From a virus (Duplodnaviria; Caudoviricetes), in IMG/VR virus record IMGVR_UViG_3300032250_000184, positions 1-64,000 of that record: DNA of 64,000 bases; one strand, 5' to 3'. Made by a program: the position numbers and the translations under genes. Every line of letters starts with the position of its first letter. The first letter of the stretch is position 1. The notes below the pieces were generated by a model, which saw only the letters and a program-made list of their open reading frames with translations, did no database searches and had not been told where the DNA came from. This document shows positions 28,425 to 38,364 of the stretch, in pieces.

Positions 28425-29211
28425 TATATTCCTTAAAAGCTACAAACCAATCATCACCAGAAACTCTGTGCAACTCAAAGATTTCAGGTTTTTGTAAGTA
28501 TGACATCAACAACAAAGTCTGGTCATCATCAATCAAGTCATTCTTAATTAATTCAGTAATGCTATGGTAAACTAAGGCTTCGAGTGTGGGCCACATATCC
28601 TTACTAGCAACAATACATGGACCTGTAATGTGTACATCATTGTTTGCAATAATATCTTGAATGTATGTACCATCAACATAATCTTTGATATTAAAAAAAT
28701 GAATCTTCTCTTTATCAAAATTATATTTCCACTTCTTTACACCATTGAGTGTTGATGCATCACGGCAGTAGCCAAAATCTAACCAAGCGACCAAATCGGT
28801 TTTTATGAGTTGGCTCTGTAAAGCTCTTGTAACAAAGGACGACTTTAAAGCATTTACTACGACATAATCAGCGTTCCAATATTCTGGATTGCGTACTTGC
28901 ATGGGATTTATTTTAGATTGATATTCTGGATTCTTTTGTACTTTAGAAACTTCTCCTTTAAGTTTTTCAAAAGATTCATTAAAATCAATAATGAGTATTT
29001 CGGTTGGCCTATTTTGCCTCAAAAATCGTATATCATCAGAAAATTCTTTAGATGTATATACAACCATTGGATTTTCTAACTTGGCTAAGTGGCCAAATCT
29101 TTCCAAATAGGTCTTACTTGTTCGTTGCAGATAGTGTGGTAATCCTTTTTCTGGAGTCCAATCACCTCTGCCAATATCAAAGAAAGCAGTTACAATTGTT
29201 ATTTCACTCAT
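28414..29211 (-). CDS. HtrL/YibB (WlaTC) family glycosyltransferase
   Basis: IVTAFFDIGRGDW, YLERF..LAKLENPMVVYT, AWLDFGY, DDDQTLLL. Confidence 0.8.
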   Translation of the reverse strand: MSEITIVTAFFDIGRGDWTPEKGLPHYLQRTSKTYLERFGHLAKLENPMVVYTSKEFSDDIRFLRQNRPTEILIIDFNESFEKLKGEVSKVQKNPEYQSKINPMQVRNPEYWNADYVVVNALKSSFVTRALQSQLIKTDLVAWLDFGYCRDASTLNGVKKWKYNFDKEKIHFFNIKDYVDGTYIQDIIANNDVHITGPCIVASKDMWPTLEALVYHSITELIKNDLIDDDQTLLLMSYLQKPEIFELHRVSGDDWFVAFKEYNED

Positions 29212-29213
29212 GA

Positions 29214-29987
29214 TTATTCTGTTCTAAATGTAAGCACTTCATCATCGGCTGGCCAATAATATTTTTTATAGTTGTTGATAATTTCAATATGTTCAGGTTG
29301 TTCTTCTACAAACTTATCAAAATCAAAACCCTTCTGGTGATGATGTGTGTCTGTCATATAAGGATTCTCTGTGTAATCTTTTCCACAAAACATATAATAA
29401 GATACCATAAAACAATCCATCCAACCTATTGTGGGATAATGATTGTCTTGAATATAATCCCATTGTTCATTGATATAGTTTGTTATTTTTGTATAATTCT
29501 TTAAGAAAGTCTTAACATTGTATATTGACCCTCCACCACCACCATAAAAATCTGTTTTAGGTCTTACACCAGAGAATCTCTCCATCATGTCTAAAACGGC
29601 CTCAGGAAAACGATTACCGTGACTTATTTTGTGGCATGACATTTCCCATTCATCGTGAACTGTAATTGGTTTTTTAATCCATACATCATCTTCTACCATC
29701 ATGATGTGTGATGTGCCACAATTCTCAGCTGCATGGTGAAATCGTTTTAACCACAACAATACTCTTTCTTTTCTGTATCCAAATGGTTGTGATGGATAAC
29801 CAAGTTTTTCATCAAAGTAATTATAATCTAATTTATATTGTTTGGCAATATCCGACAAATCATCTGCCGCATCCGATCCTAAAAAATAGTAAGCATCTGG
29901 ATGGTATTGTCTAATGTTACTAACAACTTTTTCTGTTGAAATCTTTTTACCAGCAGAGGCTAAGTGTAGAAATGATATAGATGCCAT
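29214..29987 (-). CDS. GT-A-like glycosyltransferase
   Basis: MMVEDDV (DxD-like), YGGGGGSI. Confidence 0.55.
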   Translation of the reverse strand: MASISFLHLASAGKKISTEKVVSNIRQYHPDAYYFLGSDAADDLSDIAKQYKLDYNYFDEKLGYPSQPFGYRKERVLLWLKRFHHAAENCGTSHIMMVEDDVWIKKPITVHDEWEMSCHKISHGNRFPEAVLDMMERFSGVRPKTDFYGGGGGSIYNVKTFLKNYTKITNYINEQWDYIQDNHYPTIGWMDCFMVSYYMFCGKDYTENPYMTDTHHHQKGFDFDKFVEEQPEHIEIINNYKKYYWPADDEVLTFRTE

Positions 29988-30988
29988 TACATCAACCTGT
30001 CTTTCCATGTTTTAGGTGTCTTGTCGGAGATTATTTCTAATGGGTAAGAATAATCAAACTCTTTAGGTCCCTTTTTCTTAATATAGTCCACAGTTTCTTG
30101 AATGGACTTTTCTAATGTAGTTTTGGTCTCATACTGTAATAACCATCTGGCTTTATCGGCAGAACAATCAGCATGTTTAACTTCTCTTGGACGGTCAGGC
30201 ATATGAATTGCTGCACCATCGAATCCTGTTTCTTTTGCAACCAATACTGCCAACTCTTTGATTGAGATTGTACCATCGTCAGGACCAATATTGATAATCT
30301 CACCAACAACCTTTGGATCCAATGCCATCTTCTCCAAACAGTTGATACAGTCAGCAACATAAGAGAAACAACGGGTTTGATTGCCATCGCCATAGATGAT
30401 TGCAGGTAGACCACGGAGATTACGATTGGCCATGATACTCATTACATTACGGAAAGGGTCATCAAACTTTTGGCGAGGACCAACGATGTTATGTGGTACA
30501 GCAATGTTCCATTCCATGCCATGAGTTTCAGCAAGAATTTTTAATACATCTTCACCACCAACTTTAGCGACACCATATGGGTCTACTGGTTTGGGTGCCA
30601 TATCTTCTGTGAAAGGATGTGGTTGATTGCCGTATCGTGCCATCGAAGTGCAATATACAAATCGTTTTACTTTATTCTGAACAGCCGCAGAGATTGTTGC
30701 AACAGAAGCTTCAAAGATATTTTTTGTAATGAAACTAGGACTGAATACTGATAGTCCTTCATGTGCAGTTGCAGCTGAGTGTATAACAACATCACAACCT
30801 TGCATGATGTAAGTCATTTTTTCAATGTCACAACAGTCTACAACATAGAGTGTTGCTTTTTGGGGAACATTATCACGATAACCACCAATTAAAGTGTCGT
30901 TACCAACAACTTCATGTCCCAATTCAATCATTCTATCTGCAAGGTGACTACCTAAGAAACCTGCAATTCCTGTAATAAAGATTTTCAT
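29987..30988 (-). CDS. NAD-dependent epimerase/dehydratase (GalE/WcaG-like)
   Basis: ITGIAGFLGS, YGVAK (YxxxK), NIVGPRQ, RCFSYV. Confidence 0.92.
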   Translation of the reverse strand: MKIFITGIAGFLGSHLADRMIELGHEVVGNDTLIGGYRDNVPQKATLYVVDCCDIEKMTYIMQGCDVVIHSAATAHEGLSVFSPSFITKNIFEASVATISAAVQNKVKRFVYCTSMARYGNQPHPFTEDMAPKPVDPYGVAKVGGEDVLKILAETHGMEWNIAVPHNIVGPRQKFDDPFRNVMSIMANRNLRGLPAIIYGDGNQTRCFSYVADCINCLEKMALDPKVVGEIINIGPDDGTISIKELAVLVAKETGFDGAAIHMPDRPREVKHADCSADKARWLLQYETKTTLEKSIQETVDYIKKKGPKEFDYSYPLEIISDKTPKTWKDRLM

Positions 30989-31515
30989 TATACTCTCTTT
31001 AAAATTGTTAAACCGTTGTTATTGGTTCGTCTTTCAATTAATTGCCATTCAGGATGCGAATCCATAAATTCTTGAATTGCTTGCCAAATTCCTTTTCCAC
31101 CAAATTCACCACGGTCAGCAAATAATGTGGTGTCATGGAACAACAAATATTTTTTAACTTTACCTGCGTGTAGTTCTAATTCTTTTTGTACCTGTTCATA
31201 AACATGTAGACTGTCTACCAACATCAAATCGGTTTCTTCAATTTGAATATTTCTTGTATCAGCAATATGTAGTGTTACATTTCGGCCAGCATTTCTTGCT
31301 TGAACAAAGAAATCAACAATTCCAGGTTGTGGAGAGTATTCATAACTATGTAACTCAACATCATGTCGTAAGAAAGCTCTAGTGCTTTGAGCCCAACCAA
31401 CACCAAGTTCGGTTACATGATTGCATTGCGATGTTAAATCGGATAATACTGGTAAATGTTCATGTATGTCGGTAACTCTTATACACGCATCTTGATATTC
31501 TTTTTCAAAGTCCAT
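30988..31515 (-). CDS. class I SAM-dependent methyltransferase
   Basis: TELGVG, DLMLVDSLH.YEQ, LFHDT. Confidence 0.8.
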   Translation of the reverse strand: MDFEKEYQDACIRVTDIHEHLPVLSDLTSQCNHVTELGVGWAQSTRAFLRHDVELHSYEYSPQPGIVDFFVQARNAGRNVTLHIADTRNIQIEETDLMLVDSLHVYEQVQKELELHAGKVKKYLLFHDTTLFADRGEFGGKGIWQAIQEFMDSHPEWQLIERRTNNNGLTILKRV

Positions 31516-32372
31516 TATGTTGTCCTAAATGTAATTAAATCTTCTTGTCCGTATTTTTTCTCAACAAACTTTTTCCATTCAGGTACTCGGTCATATTGAT
31601 GCACAATACAGAAAGGTTGTCCCAAAGATGTCTTAACAACACCTTCCTCAAATTTAGGCTCAGCCTCCAGTAGATGTGGCCTAAACTGTTCTATTTTGGA
31701 TGGATCTACTGTTGTTCCTGCCTGACATGCCCATCCATCCAATTGATATGCAAAATAAGTAATGTCACTATATGGTACAGTATTGATTAATACATTGTAG
31801 ACCGCTTGGTCAACGATAGGAATTGGTCGGTTGGTGGCATTAGTGAAGATGTTGAATACTAAGTCTTTAACATACTCCGATTCACCACCAATCGTTCCTA
31901 CATTGTAAATTGTATTGTCTTTGAATAGACTGTGTACATACGGACCATAGGCTTGCATTAAGTTCTCATTACCCCAAGGCTCATCTTTGTATCTCATACC
32001 TTCTGAACCGGCAACCAATTTACAAGAACCTAAATTGTTTTCTAACCATTGAAATGGATTCTTTTGAAAATATACATCTTTAACATCTGTGGTAACCACA
32101 TATCGATATTTGTTATAGTTTGTTCTTAGATATTCGTATATGGAAAGAAAACGAAGAACATGCACAGGAATATTTGCTTGTGGCATATCAACTAAAGTGA
32201 AATTTCTCTTTATTAGTTCATCTTTAGTTTCTTGTGAAGCATTACCAACAACCATTACCTTTTCGATGTTGTCTGAACCATACAGTTCATCAATCGATTC
32301 AACCCAAGGCTTTAGTTGATTGTAATTGTAATTTGTAAATGCACCAATGATTAAATCTTTTTTGCTCGCCAT
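31515..32372 (-). CDS. GT-A glycosyltransferase-like protein
   Basis: TTDVKDVYFQ, NVGTIGG, DQAVYN, IVHQYDR. Confidence 0.7.
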   Translation of the reverse strand: MASKKDLIIGAFTNYNYNQLKPWVESIDELYGSDNIEKVMVVGNASQETKDELIKRNFTLVDMPQANIPVHVLRFLSIYEYLRTNYNKYRYVVTTDVKDVYFQKNPFQWLENNLGSCKLVAGSEGMRYKDEPWGNENLMQAYGPYVHSLFKDNTIYNVGTIGGESEYVKDLVFNIFTNATNRPIPIVDQAVYNVLINTVPYSDITYFAYQLDGWACQAGTTVDPSKIEQFRPHLLEAEPKFEEGVVKTSLGQPFCIVHQYDRVPEWKKFVEKKYGQEDLITFRTT

Positions 32373-33067
32373 GGGAAAACTCCATTATATTTTTCATTCA
32401 TTATCTTATTACCATTCTGAAAGAATTCTGCTGTAACAGAACCTTGACCACCGTCCACTCTATAACAAGTTGTGTATTCACCAGTGCAATAGAACTTGGG
32501 AAAATGTTTAGTGATTGCCTGTAGAAAAACTCTATCTTGTCCCCAACCACCGTGCCAAACACTTGCAATTTTTGTTGCCACATCTGTTTTTATAAAATAA
32601 CAATTAGTATCTATGTGATGATGGCCATGATATGTTGGCCAAATACCTAAAGATTCACAGTCATCAAAGGTGACCAGTTTTCCTTGTTTGTTGTATATCT
32701 GTCGTAACGAATAACACCAGTCTAGGTTTGATTTTTGAATTGTGTCAATACACTCTTTAACATGTGATCGATGTAACCAATTATCTTGATCCAGATAAGA
32801 AACATATTCAGTATCAACTAGGTGGGTAAATGCAGCATAGACACGGTGACCATAGAAACCTTTGGCACCGACATTGATGGGTAATGAACAAATTCGTACT
32901 CGTTCATCATTTAGAGTTGAATCCAATACTTCTAATGTTTTTTCTACATTCTCATCACCATCAATTACAACGTAACATGTGGTAGGATGACTTTGATTCA
33001 GAACAGATTCGACAGCAAGTTTAACTTCTGGTGATCCAGTAGTTGGTATAATCACGGTAGCAGACAT
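32351..33067 (-). CDS. family 2 glycosyltransferase
   Basis: VIIPT, SVLNQS, VVIDG, SYLDQDN. Confidence 0.85.
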   Translation of the reverse strand: MSATVIIPTTGSPEVKLAVESVLNQSHPTTCYVVIDGDENVEKTLEVLDSTLNDERVRICSLPINVGAKGFYGHRVYAAFTHLVDTEYVSYLDQDNWLHRSHVKECIDTIQKSNLDWCYSLRQIYNKQGKLVTFDDCESLGIWPTYHGHHHIDTNCYFIKTDVATKIASVWHGGWGQDRVFLQAITKHFPKFYCTGEYTTCYRVDGGQGSVTAEFFQNGNKIMNEKYNGVFPWRAKKI

Positions 33068-33070
33068 AAT

Positions 33071-33352
33071 TTAATCCCTAGTTAATTTCAATATTCTTTC
33101 AATTTGTTTTTCAATAATCGGTTTACGATTAGGCCAATATATGTATTCTTTGTCTCCAGTCGAATACAACTTCTGAAGAAAAGGAATAATCATCTTTTCC
33201 ACTTCTTGTAATCTAACTTTATAATCATCAGCCGTTTCAGCTGTCTTATTGATAACAGCATTGTATTCTTCTTCACTTACAGCAGAAAAACCAAAGTCAT
33301 CTTCAATGCCAGCATACTCTTTTGCGAGTTTATCAAAATCAATTAATCCCAT
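33071..33352 (-). CDS. hypothetical protein
   Basis: 93-aa packed ORF. Confidence 0.6.
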   Translation of the reverse strand: MGLIDFDKLAKEYAGIEDDFGFSAVSEEEYNAVINKTAETADDYKVRLQEVEKMIIPFLQKLYSTGDKEYIYWPNRKPIIEKQIERILKLTRD

Positions 33353-33360
33353 GGTGTACC

Positions 33361-34461
33361 TTAACTATATTTAATGAATATACTACTGTTTGATGTTGCT
33401 GAAGAACCATATCCATACAACCAACTAAGAACTTGATCTAATTTTTTAGCTTGAGATACAGTATAAACATAATCTACACCTATATATTTTGACATCCACC
33501 AGGTTTTATCTTGTTTCTGATAACTCTTGGCCTCAGCAACCAATTCATCAATTTTCTTTTTAGATCCAGTTAAACTCTTAAACATCATAGCAAAGTTTTT
33601 AAAAGTCGCTTCGGTTGGTCTATCAATTTGACTTTGAAATTGTTGTGGTATCATTAGTTTATTTTGTGGCACACCAGATTCAATTGCAGCTCTCATTACA
33701 AGTCCGCCTCCAATTTTACCGCCGGCCGCAGTTTTACCTTTGATTTCACCTTGCCATGAACTTGGTACAGGACGACTTGAGAAATTTCTTAATTGAATCT
33801 CTCCTGATCCTTTACCTGGAGCATTAAATTGTAAATAGATGTCTTTAGAGTCGAACATATTTTGGCCCAACTTAACACCAGTGAATTTAGCAATAACAGG
33901 TTTTCCATTATTAAAAATTTCAGAATGTGGTTGACCTTTAGGCACTTTTTTGAGTGAAATTCCAATCAAGTTTGTTTTTGCGAATTCATTATAAATGTAT
34001 AAATTGTACTCACTCAAAGTTTTAAATCCGCCTTTAAAATTAAATCCTTTTTTTATCATCCAAATATCCGCTGGATTCCATTTGTCATCACCAGTGATAC
34101 CACTATCTTTTCTGAATTTACCAAATTCACTATAAATTAAACCAACGATTCTTCCACCACGATGAAAAGTAAATTTCTGTGAAGAACTATCTGGTACATC
34201 ACGAAATATTTGATTGGCAGTAACAATGACACTATGAAACCAATCGTCATCTAATGTCGCCAAACAAGATTTTAGTGTTCTATCACAATCAGCATCCTTA
34301 GTTGTCTTTTCGGTAACTTCAGATATATCGGTCAAATCTCTACCCAAATATTGTCTGGTTGCACAGGTATAAGCCTGTAGTGATTCAGCTAAGGCAGTCA
34401 CTTCAGATCCGGCACCAGAACCCATTGTAGGTGCATTGTTTACTTTTGTAGGAATTTTCAT
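33361..34461 (-). CDS. putative PD-(D/E)xK nuclease-like protein
   Basis: AES..A, DKWNPADIW..IGISLKK pattern; late-promoter-like ATAAATA upstream. Confidence 0.55.
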   Translation of the reverse strand: MKIPTKVNNAPTMGSGAGSEVTALAESLQAYTCATRQYLGRDLTDISEVTEKTTKDADCDRTLKSCLATLDDDWFHSVIVTANQIFRDVPDSSSQKFTFHRGGRIVGLIYSEFGKFRKDSGITGDDKWNPADIWMIKKGFNFKGGFKTLSEYNLYIYNEFAKTNLIGISLKKVPKGQPHSEIFNNGKPVIAKFTGVKLGQNMFDSKDIYLQFNAPGKGSGEIQLRNFSSRPVPSSWQGEIKGKTAAGGKIGGGLVMRAAIESGVPQNKLMIPQQFQSQIDRPTEATFKNFAMMFKSLTGSKKKIDELVAEAKSYQKQDKTWWMSKYIGVDYVYTVSQAKKLDQVLSWLYGYGSSATSNSSIFIKYS

Positions 34462-34503
34462 TTAAATACTCAATAGTTGTTTAAGAGTATTTATTATACA
34501 CAC

Positions 34504-35610
34504 CTACCGGATAATGTCAATATTTGTGTCGTTGGTCCATATCTCAAGTGTTGTGCGGAGACGACCTTCTGTTTTCAATGTATCATAACGGTTACTGGCT
34601 TTCTGTTTCCACCATTGTATCACATTTTCCAATTCATGTTTATGGTAGTTTTCACCAGGTAAAAGAGTATCCGTTTTACAGGTTACATAATCAACCATGT
34701 TCTTAAAACCATAATCTGAAATATAGTATCGTTTCTGTTCTGTCAACTTTTTAGCATTTTCAATCGTTGTATCAAATGCAGACAGTTCATCTGTACCTTT
34801 CAATGCAGCTCTGGTTAAAGATATCATCTTCATAGAGATTTTTAGTTTACGACTAGAAATTCCATCATCAACAAACTTTCCAATTTTTGATTCAACAAAT
34901 GCAACCAAATCTGAATAAGGTTTACCATGCATCATAGGCAAAAAATCTGATTCTGTCAAGCCTTTATATCGAATATATGGTTTCATGCCATCATATTGTG
35001 AAGATGCCTTTGTTGAACCATACAGACTTGTGGTCTCAAATAAACACATATTCATATTGTATTTTTTGTTTACCAGTTCTCTTACTGTGTGACTGGTGCA
35101 GATTGCAGCCAGTAGTTTGCCACCAAGATAATTGAAACCAAATGGTTGTGCTGGTACAATAACAAACCCCATCATTGCGGAGTCATTGAATCGTTTACCC
35201 CACTCAGGTTGTTGCGTAAACACTTGTCCAAGCATTTCATTTCGTGGTCGACAGTTGATGACAGGTGAACCTAACCGAATGAAACCTACGAACTTTCCTG
35301 AGTTCTTTTCTTTAACGGCAAGTTTTAATTGACGACCAACAGGTGCAATATTGATATGTGAACTGGTAATACTCAACAATGTTTCCCATGTATCACTTGG
35401 AATTTCCAATACTTCTAGATCCATATCGTTTGGATGCATTGAAAAATCGGAGAATAAATCTTCTTCAATTGGAAATAATGGGTTGATTGAGATTTCAGAA
35501 AGAGAGGCTAGTTTCTGGTCACGCATATAATCATCGATGCGAGCAAAGTTACCAAAGTAATCTTGGAACACCTTAGCAACATGAATACCATCTTCTTTAC
35601 TTAACATCAT
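34504..35610 (-). CDS. DruA/DUF4338-like protein (copy 1)
   Basis: GRQLKLAV..GKFVGFIRLGSP, GFNYLGGKLLA..C.S, ETTSLYG..SQYDG. Confidence 0.65.
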   Translation of the reverse strand: MMLSKEDGIHVAKVFQDYFGNFARIDDYMRDQKLASLSEISINPLFPIEEDLFSDFSMHPNDMDLEVLEIPSDTWETLLSITSSHINIAPVGRQLKLAVKEKNSGKFVGFIRLGSPVINCRPRNEMLGQVFTQQPEWGKRFNDSAMMGFVIVPAQPFGFNYLGGKLLAAICTSHTVRELVNKKYNMNMCLFETTSLYGSTKASSQYDGMKPYIRYKGLTESDFLPMMHGKPYSDLVAFVESKIGKFVDDGISSRKLKISMKMISLTRAALKGTDELSAFDTTIENAKKLTEQKRYYISDYGFKNMVDYVTCKTDTLLPGENYHKHELENVIQWWKQKASNRYDTLKTEGRLRTTLEIWTNDTNIDIIR

Positions 35611-36989
35611 ACTTTAAAGCCTTCAAATTTCTTTTCATGTTTAATTTTGTTGTGAGCACCAATACCAGAATGGCCAGCATCAGCAATACCCATTTGTGCA
35701 GACTGTTCGATATCAAACAATTTCATCTTTGCACGGTCAACACCAAGAGTGAATCGTTTATGAAATGTTGGATCATTGTATCGATTCTTCAGTTGTTTCA
35801 CCATAATCTGGCCAAGTTCTTCCAGTTCTTCGGAAGAAATCAAAGCAAACATTAAGTCGGCGGTTGCAGGTAACCCGAATGACTCACTCGTATCTTCCAA
35901 ACCAGGATCGCTCGATGTAAATCCACTCCTTGTAGTCTGTGTAGCAGATACAATAGGAACATTATGTTCAACCGCAAGGCCCCTAAGTTCTTCTGCGATT
36001 GACTTAACGTAAGTGTAAGAGTTAATATTCGCACCAGCCTTAATACGAGAAGAACAACAGATATTAAGATAATCAATAAAGATAATGTCAGGTACGAAAG
36101 ACCTTTTGAGATTGAGTTCATTTAATAAAGTTCTGAAGTGTGTAACGGAAGCAGAAGCTGTTGGGTATTCTTTAATGATAAGTTTGCCGGTACATTTCTC
36201 ACGAACTCGAGCAACCTTCTTGTCATATAAATCTTTAGGTAGTTCCATCAAATCATCAAGTGAAACATTCAATAAGTTTGCATCTATTCTTTCAGCAATC
36301 TTTTCTTCAGCCATTTCAAGTGTAATATATAACACATTTTTTCCTTGAACCATAGCACCGGCAGCAACATGACACATAAACAAAGATTTACCAACGCCAG
36401 TACCAGCAAGAGCAATATTAAGGGTTTTGGTAGGTAGTCCTCCCTTTGTAATTTTGTTAAAATATTCCAAATCAAAGGGTATTCGTTCTTCTTTTCTATG
36501 GTAAAATTCATATCGTTCATCTGAGTTTTCTAAGTAATCATGCCCTACGGAGTTGTCGAAAGAAATGGCCAAAGCATCCGATAATATCTTGGGAATCGCA
36601 CCTTTGTCATTTGTTTTATCTTTACCATCGAGAATTGAAATAGACCCCAATACTGCATTGTATATCGCCTTCTCTTGGCAAAACGATTCGGTTTTGTCAA
36701 CAAGCCATTGAATCTTGGTTTCTGTTTGGCCATTAGCTTCGATTTCTTTAAGATAAGATTCACATCTCTTAACTTCGTCATCCGTGAGATTACGCCTTTC
36801 TTTGACGGCAATACCAATTGCTTCAACCGATGGCGCAGCATTGTAAGTTTCCGTGAACGATGTAATCTCATTAAATAACGTCCTCTCTACACTATCACTA
36901 AAATATTCCGTCTTTAAAAATGGTAAAACTTTCCGTAGAAATTCTTCATTATAAATCAGGGTTTTTAATATCGTCTGTTCCAGTTTCAT
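35607..36989 (-). CDS. gp41: replicative DNA helicase (gp41-like)
   Basis: AGTGVGKS, TLEMAE, DYLNIC, ATQTTR, SESFGLPATAD, VKQLKNRY. Confidence 0.95.
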   Translation of the reverse strand: MKLEQTILKTLIYNEEFLRKVLPFLKTEYFSDSVERTLFNEITSFTETYNAAPSVEAIGIAVKERRNLTDDEVKRCESYLKEIEANGQTETKIQWLVDKTESFCQEKAIYNAVLGSISILDGKDKTNDKGAIPKILSDALAISFDNSVGHDYLENSDERYEFYHRKEERIPFDLEYFNKITKGGLPTKTLNIALAGTGVGKSLFMCHVAAGAMVQGKNVLYITLEMAEEKIAERIDANLLNVSLDDLMELPKDLYDKKVARVREKCTGKLIIKEYPTASASVTHFRTLLNELNLKRSFVPDIIFIDYLNICCSSRIKAGANINSYTYVKSIAEELRGLAVEHNVPIVSATQTTRSGFTSSDPGLEDTSESFGLPATADLMFALISSEELEELGQIMVKQLKNRYNDPTFHKRFTLGVDRAKMKLFDIEQSAQMGIADAGHSGIGAHNKIKHEKKFEGFKV

Positions 36990-37269
36990 CCACTATTTCC
37001 TGCTCAATATTATTTGACATCAATTCGACAAGCAAATCACCTAGGTAATCTTTAAACTTGCCATCTTTCTCCAGTTTCTTAGGAGTATCTACGGTGGATT
37101 CTAACACATCGTAGGCGAAAAGTAAATAGATTTGTTCATTTTCTTCTTTGAACTTTACCTTACCATATTTGAATAGGGTGTCTTTATATGGTCCTTGCAA
37201 TAATCTGATGTTTACCGCAGTATTATCATCTTTAGGATAGATGAAACAATAATCAATACCTTCTGTCAT
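36949..37269 (-). CDS. conserved protein between uvsX and gp41 (positional gp40 analogue)
   Basis: Synteny with T4 uvsX-40-41; no diagnostic motif. Confidence 0.4.
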   Translation of the reverse strand: MTEGIDYCFIYPKDDNTAVNIRLLQGPYKDTLFKYGKVKFKEENEQIYLLFAYDVLESTVDTPKKLEKDGKFKDYLGDLLVELMSNNIEQEIVDETGTDDIKNPDL

Positions 37270-38342
37270 TATTCGGATCCATTTATAGTTTCAACTTCAT
37301 CAAACAAGTTTTCACTACCACCTTGCATGATTTCACCAGAAGCAATCTGATATTTGTCGGTCACAAATTTTTGAAACTTTTTGTTTTTCAAGATTGGCAT
37401 CCAGAAAGTGGATGTATCGGTTTCTTTGATACGATATTTTTTATCTTCAATGACACCATCTTCATCTACTTTCGAGTACCAGCCATTAGAAGGTTTAACA
37501 ACAAATCCACCATCGAGTGCAATATCAAGTAACCCACTCCAACGGCTAATACCACCATCAAAAGATACAGAAACGGGGATTTTTGATTTTTCTTTGACAT
37601 ATCTGGATTTCTCCACATTGATTATGAAATTATAACCAACAACTTCTGTACCTTCTTTTTCTTGTTGGCGACCAAGGATAAAGATGTTATCGGCAGAATA
37701 GTAAGAACCTGTACCACCGCCAACGATATCTTTAGGAAACATACCAATTTCTTTGTAAGTATGATTAACTACAATCATTGGAATATCTTTCATTGTCAGA
37801 TGAGGTGTTACCATTCTGAATAATGATTTGACTTGTTTTGCACGGGACATATCTGCAACAGATTTGCCTTCGAGTGCATCATCAACTTCTTTCTTAGATG
37901 CCAAGTTACCAATTGAATCAATGATGATAATCAATTTATCATTTCGTTCTAAACTTGTCAACTGTTGCATTATATCAAACTTCAATTGTTCAATGTCGGT
38001 AAGTGGTGTATGTAGAACTCTGTCAGTATCAATACCAAAAGAATCAAAGTAGGATTGTGGTGTGCCAAATTCTGAATCATAAAAGAGTAAAGCGGATTCA
38101 GGATATTTGTCAAGATATGATTTGGCCATCAATAATGAAAATGCAGTTTTAAAATGTTTGGATGGACCTGCCCACATTGTAAGACCTGGTGTCAAACCAC
38201 CATCGAGTTTACCACTTAGTGCCACATTAATGATTGGCACCGATGTTGCAATCATATCCTTCTGTGTGAAGAATTTTGATTTGGATAGAATGGCCGATTC
38301 TTTGATACTACTATTCTTTTTGATTTTATCTAATATACTCAT
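37269..38342 (-). CDS. uvsX: RecA-like recombinase
   Basis: AGPSKHFKT, YDSEFG, IDSIGNL, DMSRAK, GGTG..YSA, KSRYVKEK. Confidence 0.95.
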   Translation of the reverse strand: MSILDKIKKNSSIKESAILSKSKFFTQKDMIATSVPIINVALSGKLDGGLTPGLTMWAGPSKHFKTAFSLLMAKSYLDKYPESALLFYDSEFGTPQSYFDSFGIDTDRVLHTPLTDIEQLKFDIMQQLTSLERNDKLIIIIDSIGNLASKKEVDDALEGKSVADMSRAKQVKSLFRMVTPHLTMKDIPMIVVNHTYKEIGMFPKDIVGGGTGSYYSADNIFILGRQQEKEGTEVVGYNFIINVEKSRYVKEKSKIPVSVSFDGGISRWSGLLDIALDGGFVVKPSNGWYSKVDEDGVIEDKKYRIKETDTSTFWMPILKNKKFQKFVTDKYQIASGEIMQGGSENLFDEVETINGSE

Positions 38343-38364
38343 AATTCACCTTTTTAAAAAACCA

